Positions 12,247-25,000 of a stretch of DNA of 64,000 nt are shown here, piece by piece (positions within the stretch are counted from its first letter, which is position 1; every line of letters starts with the position of its first letter). The stretch comes from Lama glama (lineage: Eukaryota): NCBI GenBank assembly GCA_028534125.1, contig CM052833.1:18538001-18602000 (forward strand), written 5' to 3'. Both the position numbers and the translations under genes were made by a program. The notes beneath the pieces were generated by a model. That model did not search any database, had not been told where the DNA came from, and saw only the letters and a program-made list of their open reading frames with translations.

Positions 12247-13395
12247 CTAGCAGCGCAAACAGTTAGAGACACAGAGTTACAACAGCAGTGGGACACCTGT
12301 GACACATGGGCCACCATGCAGCAGACCACGTGCCACCAACGCCGGGGACAGGGTGGGGCTCAGGACAGCACGGGGCCTGCCCGGCAGGACGCTAGACCAC
12401 ACAGCCCCGGTGTCCACCCACGCGCTGGCTGGTGCTACGTGAGGAAGTGCCACTCTCTGGTGGGACAGGGACAGGGAACTACGGCACGCCCCGACATGTC
12501 TCCCACAGAGCAGAAGTCATAGCTTCAGAGCTTTGCAACTGAGTGCTTTCCCCAAGGAAAGGACATCTGTTCTATGAAGAGACCCCAGTCCTCGGTCCAC
12601 GGAGAGCAATCTGGAGCCGAACTGCTGACACAGAAGTGTCTGCTTATGTGGAGTTTGCATCAATGTCATTTTTTAAACACAGTCTCCGGGAGGAACGCGG
12701 CAGCTCAGGACTGGCCACAGCAGGCTGATTCCCACCCCGTTCTGCGAGGGACACTCGGTCAAGCCAAACTAGACGCCTGTGGAAGAGATGCTGGTTTGAC
12801 ACACGACTGGCTATCAACCAGCATCAGAAGGACCAGGAGTGGAGCAGCACGGGGCACCCGCACGGGAAGCCTGGGGGCGCGGCCACTTTGTCTGCCAGCT
12901 TTTCAGGGAGCCTGAGGAAGCCCGGTCTTCCAGGCCAGGTTTTAGGTGTTGGCGGAGGTCACTAGGGTGCGATCCCACAGGCTGAAATGCTCAGTTCCTG
13001 TCACCCAACCATCAGGGGCGAGTGATGGCAGATTCAAGACTGAGCTGCACTGGGAGACCCGACTCGGAACCACAGCCAACAGAGCTCAGAGGCGTGATTT
13101 CAGTGCTCACGCAGAGCTCAACCCCAGGCGGCGGCACGCACTGCAAAGCCGGGACGGAGGCGCCTGGGACGCTCCCTTCCAGCCTGGGCACAAGAGGCCC
13201 AGCCGACCCAGGGGACGAGCCCTTGTGATGCTGAACAGCTGACCCCCTGGATGAACGTCACCCTCAAGTGACCCACGAGGGGACCTCCTGTGTGCCTGGA
13301 GCACAGTCAGACGCCACAGTGACTGTGAGGCAGATGTGGGAACCACTCGGGATGATGGCGTGATGTCTGGGGGTCAAAATGACCCTCGTTCTTCC

Positions 13396-13558
13396 TTTTT
13401 AAAAAATTATTTATTTATTTTTGGGGGACGGGGAGGTAATTAGATTTATCTGTTTATGTATTTATATGATGTATTTATGTGATGGAGGTGCTGGGGACAG
13501 AACCCAGGACCTCGTGCACACTAAGCACGTGCCTGACCGCTGAGCTGTACCCTCCCCC
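13396..13558 (-). mobile_element. tRNA-derived SINE (camelid Vic-1-like) with target-site duplication
   Basis: minus strand gggggagggtacagctcagcggtcaggcacgtgcttagtgtgcacgaggtcctgggttc...taattacctcccc + A-rich tail; TSD tgaccctcgttctt (13380) / tgaccctcgctcct (13559). Confidence 0.85.
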
Positions 13559-15019
13559 TGACCCTCGCTCCTTTCAATGTCCACGTGTCCTGGGTGAAGT
13601 GAGCAGGTGACCGCAATGCGACCTGGAGACACACTGGACACGCCTGCAGCTGACACTGGCTGCCTGCCGGGTTTTAGGCAGATCACGTCCCCTCTCTGAA
13701 ATCCCCATTCCATCAGTCGTGAGATGAGGGGACTGGAGCTCTGAGCTTCTGCGACATTTCTGTTTTCAGACGTGGACACGTGGCCTCTTGGAGGTTGGCG
13801 GCAGGAAGGTGCCAAGCACTGTCTCCGCAGGGAACCACGGCTCCACCCCCACGGCCCATCTATCTTGCTCACTCTGGGCCAGCTCCCGCCAACCCGCAGA
13901 CCCTGCACGGCCCGGACTCCTGGGTTACGTGTAACAGTCCATCTGCCATCCAAGCTGGGGCTGTTTTCAAAGTGAAAGGGAAGAGGGGGAGTTTAGCAGT
14001 AACAGGTGGCGAGTCTCAGCGGGCAGATGCCCTCACGGTGCCGCCAGGGCGCACAGCACGCCTCTCAGCCTTCGTTAAAAAGCAATCAATAGACTTACAC
14101 CTCTCCTCCCTCACAGCTTTTGACCAAGGGGGCGGCTTTGTATTTGTAATCTTTGGTCAGATTTTAAAAGATCGGCTTGATTTTACTTTAGCCAGTTTTT
14201 TCTTTTTCTTTTCTCTCCTAAAATTGTGATTTACAATATTTAGTTACTTCCTTCATTGGCCACATTATCATTTGTTATGCAGCTAAAAGTTACCAAGACA
14301 GGAATCACATATGTTTATTTTACGGGCAAATGATTTTCAGTTCACTTTCTAATTTTCTAATTCATGTGATTCAGAAGTTGGTTGTGAAGCCACTGTTCTC
14401 AAGCCAGGCTCACATATAACACTCAGGAGGCCTGAGAAACCCCTCAGATTTTACGGAAAATTTTTGTAGTTATGCGTGCTTTTCTGCTTTGGAGAAAGTC
14501 TAGTGTTGTGACATTTCAGAAGAGGTTCACGGAAAATCTGTTACCAACCACTGTTAGTGTCGTTGTAAATTAACAAGGAAAAGGCTACTCCGTCCAGCCC
14601 CTTCGTACTTGCCAAGCTTAGGGATCTAGGTGAGTTAGAAATCTCTGTGCTATGAAGCAAGGCAAAAAGGAGTGCAAAAAGTTCATCTGAAAAAATGTCA
14701 CCCATTACATTATGGGGCAGCACATTTTTTTGAAGAATGTGCACTGTGCACGTATGTGACCGCATTCCTTACTACGTGGGAAGAAGGCATTCCAGCTGAA
14801 CACGGACGTGGCTTTCAGTTAACAGAGCTGCCTGAAGCCTTCTGTGGTGAAATTCAAACAAAGGAAAGCAGTTTGTGTCAGACCCAGCCCACAGTCAGCA
14901 AACGCAGAGCGGGGCTGTCCCAGGCTGCGTGCAGGGACACCGGGACGTGGTGTGCAAATGAATCAACGAATGAATGAATGAATGAAACATTTAGGAAAAT
15001 GTACATCTTTAAAACAATT

Positions 15020-15159
15020 TTCTTCGCTTTGTTTTTTGGGGGAAGGTAACTGGTTGGTTATTTATTTATTTATTATTTTTTAAATGGAGGGACTGGGGAT
15101 TGAACCTGGGACCTCGTGCACGCTAAGCACACGCTCTACCGCTGAGCTACACCCTCCCC
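15020..15159 (-). mobile_element. tRNA-derived SINE (camelid Vic-1-like)
   Basis: minus strand ggggagggtgtagctcagcggtagagcgtgtgcttagcgtgcacgaggtcccaggttcaatccccagtccctccatttaaaaaataataaataaat, with Pol III A/B boxes. Confidence 0.88.
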
Positions 15160-15475
15160 ACAGGAAGGGCATTTGAAAGGCATTAAAGAGGCAGCTCTCG
15201 ATACAGAAAGGAATTTGGTGACAGGAAGGCGCATCTGACTTGCTTCTAGCTTGGAAATCTCAGTCCTGTGCCTGCGAGTCACACGCGGTTTCTCGTGGTT
15301 TTTACTGGTTCCTGCTTCTCTCTGGCTCAGTCCAGGGAGGCAGCGCCCTGCCTGGCTGTGCGCGCGGAGACAGCCTGCGATGGAAATCCCGCACCTCACC
15401 CACCGCTTCTCACGGTGAAGAGTCCACCCCTCCCTCCTCTGTCAAAAGCAACCCCACGTGTGGCACGTGACGCAC

Positions 15476-15642
15476 CTGGAGATACTGTCGTGCGAGTCTA
15501 AGCTGTCCATCCTGCGGGCTGTCTGTGCACCTGCAGGGGCGCCCGGACGGTCGTCGATGGTGTCCAGCCCAGACTCCCGGGAAAGGTTCATCATGTGGTT
15601 CTGGTAGTACATGTGGACGCTCTCCCGCGTGGGAACGTTGCC
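15476..15642 (-). CDS. PIEZO2: PIEZO2 exon ~39 (167 nt)
   Basis: ccgcag|GGCAAC...CTCCAG|gtgcgt; GNVPTRESVHMYYQNHMMNLSRESGLDTID...DSHDSIS. Confidence 0.96.
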
Positions 15643-15849
15643 CTGCGGAGAGGGAGACGGCTCAGTCCTGACGGGAGCCCTGGCCTGGGCGGCCTCCGGG
15701 CATCCCTCAGTGTCGACGACATTGGGCAGCATGACATGTTGAATGGGATCGAACACCAAGCTAGTCGGGTCGGCACTGATGTCAACTCGTTGAATTCATG
15801 GTGCCGATGTGACTGGGTCATACTGAACCAGAAATCCCTCCTTGCTCGT

Positions 15850-16157
15850 GGGTGGAGGTGGGCAAAAGGTACACACTTCCAGTTACAAAATAGTCGGGGG
15901 TGGAAAGCACACCGTGGGGACTACAGTTAACAATGTCACACTGCGTATTCAAAGTTACAAAAGAGCAGATCTTAAAAGTTCACACCACAAGAAAAAAGAC
16001 TTGCAACTATACGTGGTGACGGATGTTAACTGGACTTACTAAGGGGATCATTTCACAATTTATAAAGACACTGAGTTATGCTGTACACCTGAAACTAATA
16101 TAATGTTATGTGTCAGTTGTATCTCCAAAAATTAAGAAAAAGAAGTTTAAAAAAGAA
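15850..16157 (+). mobile_element. L1 3' end fragment (L1MA9-like) with A-rich tail
   Basis: caaaaggtacacacttccagttac...gatcttaaaagttcacaccacaag...ctgtacacctgaaactaatataatgttatgtgtcagttgtatctc. Confidence 0.8.
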
Positions 16158-16388
16158 ATTCCTTCTTAGATGGAGATGATTTTGCTACATCAGAGTAACT
16201 TTTCCAGAAAGGAACTATTATTTTTAAATGCAATCTATGAACTGTATGTGGTTATATTTTGTATCTCTGGGGAGATCCTGATTTTCCCTAAGGGACGTTT
16301 CAGATCAAAGTCCCCAGACTCAACAACACGATCCTTCATGGACACGACGGAGCCTGTGCACCTGCGAGCTGTGGTGATGGGGGTGGGA

Positions 16389-16433
16389 TGTGTGTGTGAG
16401 TGTGTGCGTGTGTGTGTGTGTGAGTGGGTGTGT
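16389..16433. repeat. Imperfect (GT)n microsatellite
   Basis: directly visible. Confidence 0.9.
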
Positions 16434-16608
16434 AGCCTCTGATTATTTTCATTCTGAGTGTGGAACACACTGAAATACACAAAAAAGCAGAGACTGTCGG
16501 GAGAGAGGGTTCTGTCCCACCCTACTTGGCGTTCTGCATGTGGACCTTCGAAACCCCTACGAGGTGGGGTTTTGCACGACCGAACCGCGTCGGCAGCTTC
16601 AAGATCAC

Positions 16609-16775
16609 CTTCTTAATCTCCCTGGTCAGCATGCACCTCTCGATCCTCAGGACGGTGGATATGTCGATGTGCTCCCGTGAGATGGAGTTGAGCCACGTTG
16701 TGAAACTGTCCACGGTCGCCAGGAACAGGACCCAGGTAAACTTCAGAATGTTAAATATCCTCTTGATGATGTTAT
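16609..16775 (-). CDS. PIEZO2: PIEZO2 exon ~38 (167 nt; clasp)
   Basis: tcccag|ATAACA...AAGAAG|gtgatc; DNIIKRIFNILKFTWVLFLATVDSFTTWLNSISREHIDISTVLRIERCMLTREIKK. Confidence 0.97.
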
Positions 16776-17729
16776 CTGGGAGGAAGAAAAGCAACAGGCT
16801 GTCACAGGCACACAGCGCCCTCAGCTGCGGAGCCGCGGGGGCACGGCGACGCTGCCCGGGTCCCGTCCCCGGCGGAGTGGGGCCCTGGGGGCGACGGCGG
16901 GGGTTGGGGGGGCCGCAGGCTAGGGGGCTGCCAGCAGGGCTTTCTGCCCAGGCAGAGAAGGGCCCTCAAGACCAAACCAGGGTAGAATTTTTAACCTCTG
17001 GTCACAACATCAGGCAGAACCGGTCTCTACGCAGACACAGGCTTGACTGAAGTACAGCCTGCACTCAGAAGTGACACGGGGACAGAAATGCCCGCATCCA
17101 TCCAGGCAGCTGGGTCCTTCCACGCTTTTCCTCCATGCTCCTTCTTCTTTTAAGTAATAACTGTCTTGGGAAACAGTCCTGTTGGATCTGGAAGACTCTG
17201 ATGCTTGCCCACTGCAGCGGGATCTCAGCTGAAGAGGCCAGTCCACACGCTAAGAGCACAGCGAAGCCGCTGAGTGATCTTCCTCTTCAGTTTCTGACCA
17301 CACCAAGCTGTGCCAACTGCGAAGCTCTGCCTGCGGGATCAGCCCTTCCCCCGCCACAGGCGCCCTGAGACCCCCACGCAGCTGGCTTTGCGCCCTTTCC
17401 CGCGCTGTGGGCCCACGGACAGCACGGGCCAGCTTGCCCCTGGGGGCCGAAGGACACTTATTTTTTTTCTCATACTCATTATTTCCTTAGACGCTGTGGT
17501 GACAAACCTAATTATTCCACGGTTTTGCTGTGGGTGTTCCTGACGACATGGGAGCACGTGGCACGCATCTGGTCAACGTGGGTGGTCACAGACTAACAGG
17601 GGAAATCGGGGTTGTTATTCTCATTTATTTTTTAACCAGAGAGCCGGCCAGGGGAGGGAGCAGGAGCTCCGAGCGCAGACTAGACTTGGACTCCTTGGGC
17701 CCCACCCCTCGAGGCTGCGCAGGTTTGGA

Positions 17730-17825
17730 AACGTCAGCTAAGTTTTCTCTGCCTCGGTTTCTTATCAGTTAAATGGGGAAGAGGGTTTTGAGGGGGTTAA
17801 GCAAGTTAATTCGTGTGAAGGTCAC
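17730..17825 (+). mobile_element. MIR core fragment
   Basis: ctctgcctcggtttcttatcagttaaatgggga...ttgagggggttaagcaagttaat resembles the MIR core. Confidence 0.55.
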
Positions 17826-18663
17826 GGAAGAGCAAAGAAGACGTGAGCCCCAGCCATCGTACACAGCTTCGCAGCAGCCGTGGAGCACCGGCCCCCACGG
17901 GTGGGAGCCACACTCGGGAAACGTGGTGCCAACCGGGGCTCCGAGGGCTTCGGGAAGCCTCGTTCTGTGCCAGCAGGTGGCGTCCTCGGATGCACCTGTG
18001 TCCAGAGCAGAGGAGCCAGAAACTCTTGCCTGCTGGTAAGTGAGGCCGACTGAAGCCCCTGCTCTCGGAGGGAGGAAGAGCCGTGTCTGTGGGACGAGAG
18101 GCATCTGGGTTCACAGCATTTTGAGGATTTTATTTCCCCCCTTTTTTCCCCAGTGGCTAAATCTTCCTCCCAATCGCAGACTCTGTGAACCTCAGAGGAC
18201 CCTGTGACTGGGCAGGGGGTCAGGGGACATGGATTCTGTCCCTGACCGCGTGGGGTCCCAAGCAGACTCGCTGAGGTTTGGTTTTTCTCCCTAAAATGAG
18301 GAGGACCACTCTTTTCCCTAATGGCACCTCTCATTTCACTCTGGTTCCATGTTCTTTAAGTTAATGGCCAGGAGTTTTTGTTGCCTCTGTTCTGATGGCT
18401 TCTCTGGGACGACCCCCCACCTCCTTTCACAGGTACTGGGATGAAAGAATTCACAAACCGACTCTAACCCTTGGATGTAAAGGTCAGGCCTGCGTTTACG
18501 AGTCACTTTGCACCTGCACTTGAGATGAGATTTCAGGGGATGCTGGTTCTTGAGCCACAGCATGAAAACGGGACTTACTCTCCGTTTCCAGGCAGCCTCC
18601 CGTCACAAACCGCCCAGAGAAGGGGATGCGTCCCAGCCTCCCTCCCCGAGCGTCTTTAGTTAC

Positions 18664-18723
18664 CTGGACCATCGGACTTCTTCTTGACCGGCTCCTCCTC
18701 TCGGTCTTCCCACTGCACGGGAC
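18664..18723 (-). CDS. PIEZO2: PIEZO2 exon ~37 (60 nt)
   Basis: tggcag|GTCCCG...GTCCAG|gtaact; GPVQWEDREEEPVKKKSDGP. Confidence 0.94.
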
Positions 18724-18913
18724 CTGCCAAGAGCATCCCCTGCGCGTGAGTCACGGCCTCTGAGGGTCATTAACACCAACCCCCCTTTTCTGGACTAAAA
18801 GGAGTTTTATAGTTAAATCTGGGGCACTCTCCCGATTTGGAAGAGCTCCTGGGGAGAAGTCGCAAGCGTTCTTAGCTGTCAGACTCTCTTCCGTTCAGAA
18901 TCAGAATCCTGCA

Positions 18914-19221
18914 ACCGGGGTGGGAAACCTGCAGACCTCCGGCCAGCCCTCCCGGCCTTCTGTGATCCATCTGCCGGCGGGGGCTTAACGGTTTTCTATT
19001 TTTAATAACTGAAAGAGGTCTAAAAAGAATAATATTGTGTGCACTGGAAAGTTACATAAAACGCACACCGTACTGGAACGCAGACACGCCCACCGTGTAC
19101 CTGCGGTCCCAGCGGACCTCATCCTATGGTGGCGGAGCTGAGTGGCCACAGGGACCCACGGTCTGCAAAGCTGGCAATATTTACTACCTGACCCTTTCCA
19201 GGAAAAGTGTGCTGACTCCTG
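18914..19221 (+). mobile_element. MER58-like hAT-Charlie DNA transposon relic
   Basis: 5' ccggggtgggaaacct and 3' aatatttactacctgaccctttccaggaaaagtgtgctgactcctg resemble MER58 termini. Confidence 0.65.
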
Positions 19222-19337
19222 TTACGCATCATCAAGTTTTCATTTTGGAAATCATGGGATAATGCTATAAGTTTTAGTGTGTCACCTCCTAAAATAACAT
19301 CACAGAGTTTACACTTCTCGCCCTCTTATTTAACGCT

Positions 19338-19405
19338 CAGGTTGTCAGATCTAGCAAATGAAAATATAGGACACCCGGGTAAATCTGAATTTAAGATAAA
19401 TAATA
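19338..19405 (+). mobile_element. MER3/MER33-like hAT fragment
   Basis: caggttgtcagatctagcaaatgaaaatataggacacccgggtaaatctgaatttaagataaa. Confidence 0.55.
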
Positions 19406-19429
19406 GAAATAGAAAAAGGGAGACATTTA

Positions 19430-20330
19430 ACAAACAGGTTTAGCATAACAGGTCTCTACTTCACAGAATAATAAAAAATTCAAAATGTAAATAAAATTAC
19501 CAGGAAATATTTGCATAAAATTTGGGGGGAAGACTTTCTTAGGCAAGATGAAACACAGAAACTGCAAAAAACTTTAGACCTATGTCACATCAGAAAAAAT
19601 GAAATATTATTTAGAAACCATACACCGTAAACTAAATCAACAGATAAGTATCGGGTTGAAAAACAGATACGTGTAACACGTAAGAAAAGTGAATGATCCC
19701 TAACGTGTGAACATTCTCTAAATTAATAAGGACAAAGAGCCCAGCAGACCGGTATTAGGAAATTATGATAGAAGAGCTTAAACCTTAGATTTGAAAGTAA
19801 AAGACAGCAAGAAACTATTTAATAAAAAACGTTCAGTCTCACTGTTTAGGAAAATGCAAATGAAAGCCACCTGCCATCCTTGAGAAAGACACACAGTAAA
19901 GAGCAGCGATGCCCTGGGGGAACCACGGGGGAGCCAACACTCTCGTACATTCCGCGTGTGAGGGCATGTTTCTAAAATCTTTTGGGAGACTGTTTATTAA
20001 AGAAAAAAAAAAAGCACACACTTAAGTCCAGAAATCCTACTCTTAATAATCTCTTTTGCGGAAAGTGTGTGTTCTCCCTGACTTTTTGCTACGCCTTTAA
20101 ACACACACCCACGTCCGACTATACAGGAATTTCTGTGCGAGGGTGTCTGTGATACGCTGCTCACCGCGGCAGGAGTCCGGAAGCAAACCTTATGTCCATT
20201 AGTGATGGAACAGTCGGATAAATTATGCATATCCATGCTGCAAAATATTGCTGCAGCTATTAAAAAAGGATGATACAGTTTTATAAATACTTAATTAGAG
20301 AAATGTTCATGACGCCATCACTAATGAACG
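19430..20330 (+). mobile_element. Degraded old L1 (ORF2 3' region); boundaries approximate
   Basis: A-rich; gaagactttcttaggcaag, ggaaaatgcaaatgaaagccac, atgtccattagtgatggaacagtcggataaattatgcatatccat. Confidence 0.65.
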
Positions 20331-21981
20331 CACAGGAGCAGTCTGTGCGGCATGAACTTATTTCCGAAAAGCAAACCAGGGAAAGGGCGCCCGAGTACAG
20401 GTCTATTCGCTACGGGAGAGGAGGGCAGGGATCTGGGGCCTGAGGGCCAGTTCCCGCGCCAGAGTGCACACCCCCTCCTTCCTGCCTGGCTTCTTACACT
20501 GGCTGTGCCTTAACTTTGCCTTTTTAACCCAATAAAGTAAAATGAGATGAAAGCTACCAGGAGGAAGCAGGGAGCAGAGCAGTCAAAAGAGAGGAAGGTT
20601 TGGCAGTCAGCGCTCCTCAGAAGTGGTGCTTCCCTTTTCTGTCCTGTTTTGAATCCATTTCTGATCTCACAGGCACTCGACCTGGACAGCCTCTCATAAG
20701 AGCCAACTGTAACCAGCCCGGGGCCCCCTTCAGACACACCACTTAAGCTCAGTCTCTCCACCCCTCTGCCAGAAGCCAGCACTCTAATTAATTTGCTCAG
20801 TATTCTCCTGGACTTCCTCTTGCACTGATACACGATTATATGCACCCATTAAAAATGCAAAATACTGTCTTGAGGCACTTTAGTGTCCTTTGTTTCATAA
20901 ATGGTTTCACACTGTGGATGCCGGTCTGCAACATAATGAGTCAGTTCAAAGTAACCCATCTCATTTCTTAAACAACTAATGAGAATTCCTCAAGACGCTG
21001 GTCACGTGATTTCCTTGGCTCGTCTTTAAGTGAGCATTCAGGATGTCCCTGGACTTGTGTCAGTAATGAATAACGTTTGGTGAAGATTCTTAGACACGTG
21101 TGTTTGTGCTCACGTGCACATACCGACTCGAGGTGAGCCGCGCGCCCGGAGGTGGGGCTGACCTGAGTGGGAGAGGCAGGCTACAGTCGGATGGGCTCGG
21201 ACACCTGCATGCAGACACCCCCACTCCTCCAGACAGTGATGTTCTCAAGTGTTTAGGTTCTTGCCAGCCCGACTGGTGACAAAAACAGCAGACCAAGGTA
21301 TTTGGCGTTTCTCATGATGCTAGTGAGACCAAGCCCCTTCTGGCCATTTCTGCTTTCTGATACTGGACTGTCTTTCGTATCTGTTCATTCACTGGGTTGA
21401 ATTTTCTTTTGACTGATTTTTAGAATTTCTTAATATACCCAGACCACTAACCTGCAGTCTGATGAATACAATGTAAGTATTTTCCCTGGTGCCCCAGTTC
21501 ATCTTGACCTTGATTTTGGTGCGTTTTGCTGTAATTTGGAATTTCCCCCCCTTAGAAATGTGTTCCTGTCGTATGTTTTCAAATGAGTCGGCATAATGCT
21601 GAAAATGGCACGGCAGTTATGCTCCATTTGGGGTCCAAGTTCTTGATCAACTTCCAAAGTTCACCTTGCTCGTTAGGTTTTCCCAGGAACAGCTTTCACA
21701 TCGCGATCCTGTCCTTTCTGCTCATATTTCTTTCCTACAACTTGAAATCCACCTAAAAATGGCCTTTTCCTCCCACTTTCCTTGGGTCCATTTTGCTTGC
21801 CTCTTCCCATTGTATAAAGTGTGCCTTAACTTAAATTCATGTCTAATTTATTCGGAGTGTCAGACCCAGGTAAGGAGGGACCCGTAGAACTCTCGCACTC
21901 TAGAAGCTGAGAACCTCCTTCCTGCAAAGCTCCCCTCGTGTGCTCGAGGCCACAGAAGCGGGGGCGCCCGCACACACTCAC

Positions 21982-22096
21982 CCTCCGCGGCCCCGCTCCT
22001 CCGGCCCCGCGGCTCCGCCCTCGCAGGCCTTTTCTTCTCTCTGCGCCTTTGCCGCAGCGCTGTCTTAGGGTCGGTAATCCAGGCTTGATACACAAA
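21982..22096 (-). CDS. PIEZO2: PIEZO2 exon ~36 (115 nt)
   Basis: ctgcag|TTTGTG...GGAGG|gtgagt; FVYQAWITDPKTALRQRRREKKRPARAEPRGRRSGAAE. Confidence 0.95.
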
Positions 22097-25000
22097 CTGC
22101 AGGGAGAAAGCTTCATTACTGTCTGGCTTCTTTGTAAGTTGAATTAAAAGAAAAGGGACCAACACCAAACTTCCTGACTTTCAGAAATATTTCTTTCCTC
22201 CCAACATATACTTAACCTCCCTTTCCCATACCCCTCGTCATGCTGAGCTGACCCGTGCCATTTCCCTTGTCATGAAGTAAAACGAGAAAGAGATGTTGTC
22301 GGCGTATATTTCATGTGGCGTCGGACAATCACAAGATGCTCTGGGCGCACACACGCCGCCGCCTCCCCCAAGCCCTCCACCTGTGATGCCCAGTTCCCGA
22401 TTCTCTTGCGTCACACGCGATGGAACAAGCTGAAGCCTCGCTCAGCGTCATCAGAGCAGTCTTCTCCCCGCACAAATGAACTTTACGTCAACCGCAAAAC
22501 GTCTTTTGTTCTTTTACTTTGGGAGGATAGCTTGGCACGTTTGATGCTCTTGTGAATGACAGCTATTGCCAGCAACTTGAGAAAGGGCTTTGTAGACTGA
22601 TTAGCATTTGGAGAGGAAAAATTATGTGACGCTCAGGTTAAGGGGTTATCCCAGAACGGCACGGAAGCAAGGCGGTGGTGCTTTCGGTTGCCTTTTGTCA
22701 TTTTCGTTCAAGAGTTGAAAATAGTTGCATTAACGTACTATCACCCATCACCACCATGGCAGAGCGATTCGAACAGCCCGCCCACCACAGTCTCCCAGGT
22801 CATGCAGAAGGAACAGAAGGAAAAACCCTGATACACAGACCGCAGCCACAACATGAAGCCGAGCAGGCATGCTCCCCATGCACCCGCAGACACGCCTGGT
22901 CTCAGGGAAGCTGGGTTTTCTATTATGAAGGTAAAGTTGAAAATGTTTCGTGGGGGGCACTTATAAACCCAGACACTTTCATTGTATTCTGTGTTATTTT
23001 CAGATTTCTGAAATCTTGGAAAAACACTGTGTAAGGAAGCCACTGGCACTGTGACGTCAGTAAAGTAAAGAGAGGTCAACGTCTCCGTACGTGGGAAATG
23101 CAAAGCGCAGGGGTCACCAGGAGAGAAAGTGCTCCTTTTCCCTCAGGCAGAAATCTGATTCTTACAGGCAATGAACACGGATATACGGTCTGTATAATTT
23201 CCGAATAATAAACCCAGGAGGCAGAACGTTATTCTATCTTATGCCAAACAGATATTTTGAAAAGTGAGAAGATGAATTGGGATTTAAAGGAGAAACACTA
23301 AAAAAAAAAGGCATTTTATATTTGATGGTTAATGAGCACGTTAACCGTGAATTCTATGAAGACATTCTCTAGGGTTTGGTACATTAATAAGCCAACTTGC
23401 TTCAGCAAAATACTGATTCTTTAAAAAAAAAATCTGAGCTGCTAAACACAAGATGTTTTCAGGCTTAAGAGCAACGTATGGTGACATTTACCTAAAGAAG
23501 CTTTATCATGGTATTGCTGTTTGATAACGCAATGATGCCAAAGATAGACAGCAAGAAAGGAGCTCAGATCTGTGAACGTATTAGGTGCACAAGCCTTTTG
23601 CTCTGTGGGAGGGAGGAGGGTGAGGAGAAAGCGGCGGTGGGCGGCTTGGGCAGAACTGAAGGGGTCTTACAGGAAGGGCGGGGCCCTGACACGCTGTCCT
23701 GTTGAGAGAGAATCCCTGGTTCTCCACGTGGTCCTTAAGTGACCGACACCCTTGCTGCCTTCGCACTGAGATGAGCGCTTATGGCAGGCCAGTAAGGGGG
23801 CACCCGGGAGGCGGGAGTCTCGTGACGGGTCCTCGTTTGTAGGTAAACGATCTCCCCTTCGATCTCGGAAACAGGACTGTTTCTACAGGTCCAGGAACAT
23901 CTGGCAGAGGGTCAGTCCAGCTGTTTTGGGAAAAGGCTGGTAATGAAGGTGGATGAATTAGGAAGATCCTAATTCTTACTAACTTTCTTTCTGAAACGTC
24001 TCAATTCTTACGTCGAAGTGGTAACTATCACCCAGTCTCATGGGTTTCTCTGGGGAATTAAGACACGTGCACCACTGACGCCAAGTAGAAAAAGACACAA
24101 AAATGTGCAGAAATGACTTCTGGCTTCTCCCACTGCTGCTGCCCCGAGCGAGCGTCCCCAGCTTTATCTGAGATTCTATCCTGAGTGATTTTATCTTAAA
24201 TGTTTGGGGAAACGGATTCATGTGACTGAAAACTTATTATGCAAAAAGTATTTAATTTTTACAACAGGAGAGAACTGAAGTGGAGATCCTTAACTGAAAT
24301 TGGTTAAGTTTCCAAAAATGTCCTTTAATTCTGCTGTGATCAAGAAGGTTCTTTATATTGCTGGTGAGAAGATTTTTTTTAAGTAAGACGGGGGTAATCA
24401 CATTGTAATCTTTGATATAAACTCTTAAATATGAAAGAAAAAATTCTTTGCTATAAACTGTTAACTAGACTCAGATGGAAGTCTGAGAGGGGAAGGAGAA
24501 GAAACCCCGGGAGGGGCCGCAGTGAACATCAAACTGAAAGCCAGACCCTGGCATTTAGAAAAGGGAAGGAGCCCGGAGGTCTGGCCCCCGCTGCTCGAGG
24601 CAGGCCAGCACTCACACAGCCCCCGGGAGCCTGGGAGAAAAGAGAGGGTTTCAGGTCCCGCCAGAAGCACTGAATTCAAAGAACCTGCATTTAAGTCGGA
24701 TCTACAGGTAAACGTGAGAAGCTCTGGTCTCCGTCACCCTCCAAGCCTGCTCAGCACTGGGGCTCAGTGTCAGTCCAAGTGCCTGCTTCAGGGTCAGGAG
24801 AAGCGGCTTTCTCTCCAGTGCAAGGTCAGGAACGCCTCCTTCATGACGTCCACCAGCGCCCTGGCCCGGCACAGGGAGCGGGCCCCTTCTGGCGGGTGCT
24901 GGGTCAGTCACCTAACGTTCTCTGGCAGTGTGCCCAGCACCGTCACCGCGGTGTGGCGAGACCGTCCTCGGCAGCTAAGCCCAGTGGGGAGGGGCTGAGC

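Noticed and set aside
15080-15159. tRNA gene (A/B boxes; also at 13480-13558, 56053 and 62412)
   Set aside because: These have AT-rich tails, several show TSDs, and there are multiple diverged copies, so they are SINE heads.
16522-16608. Open frames running past exon donors into introns (e.g. after E38 and E42)
   Set aside because: Short read-through to the first stop is expected; nothing supports an alternative terminal exon.
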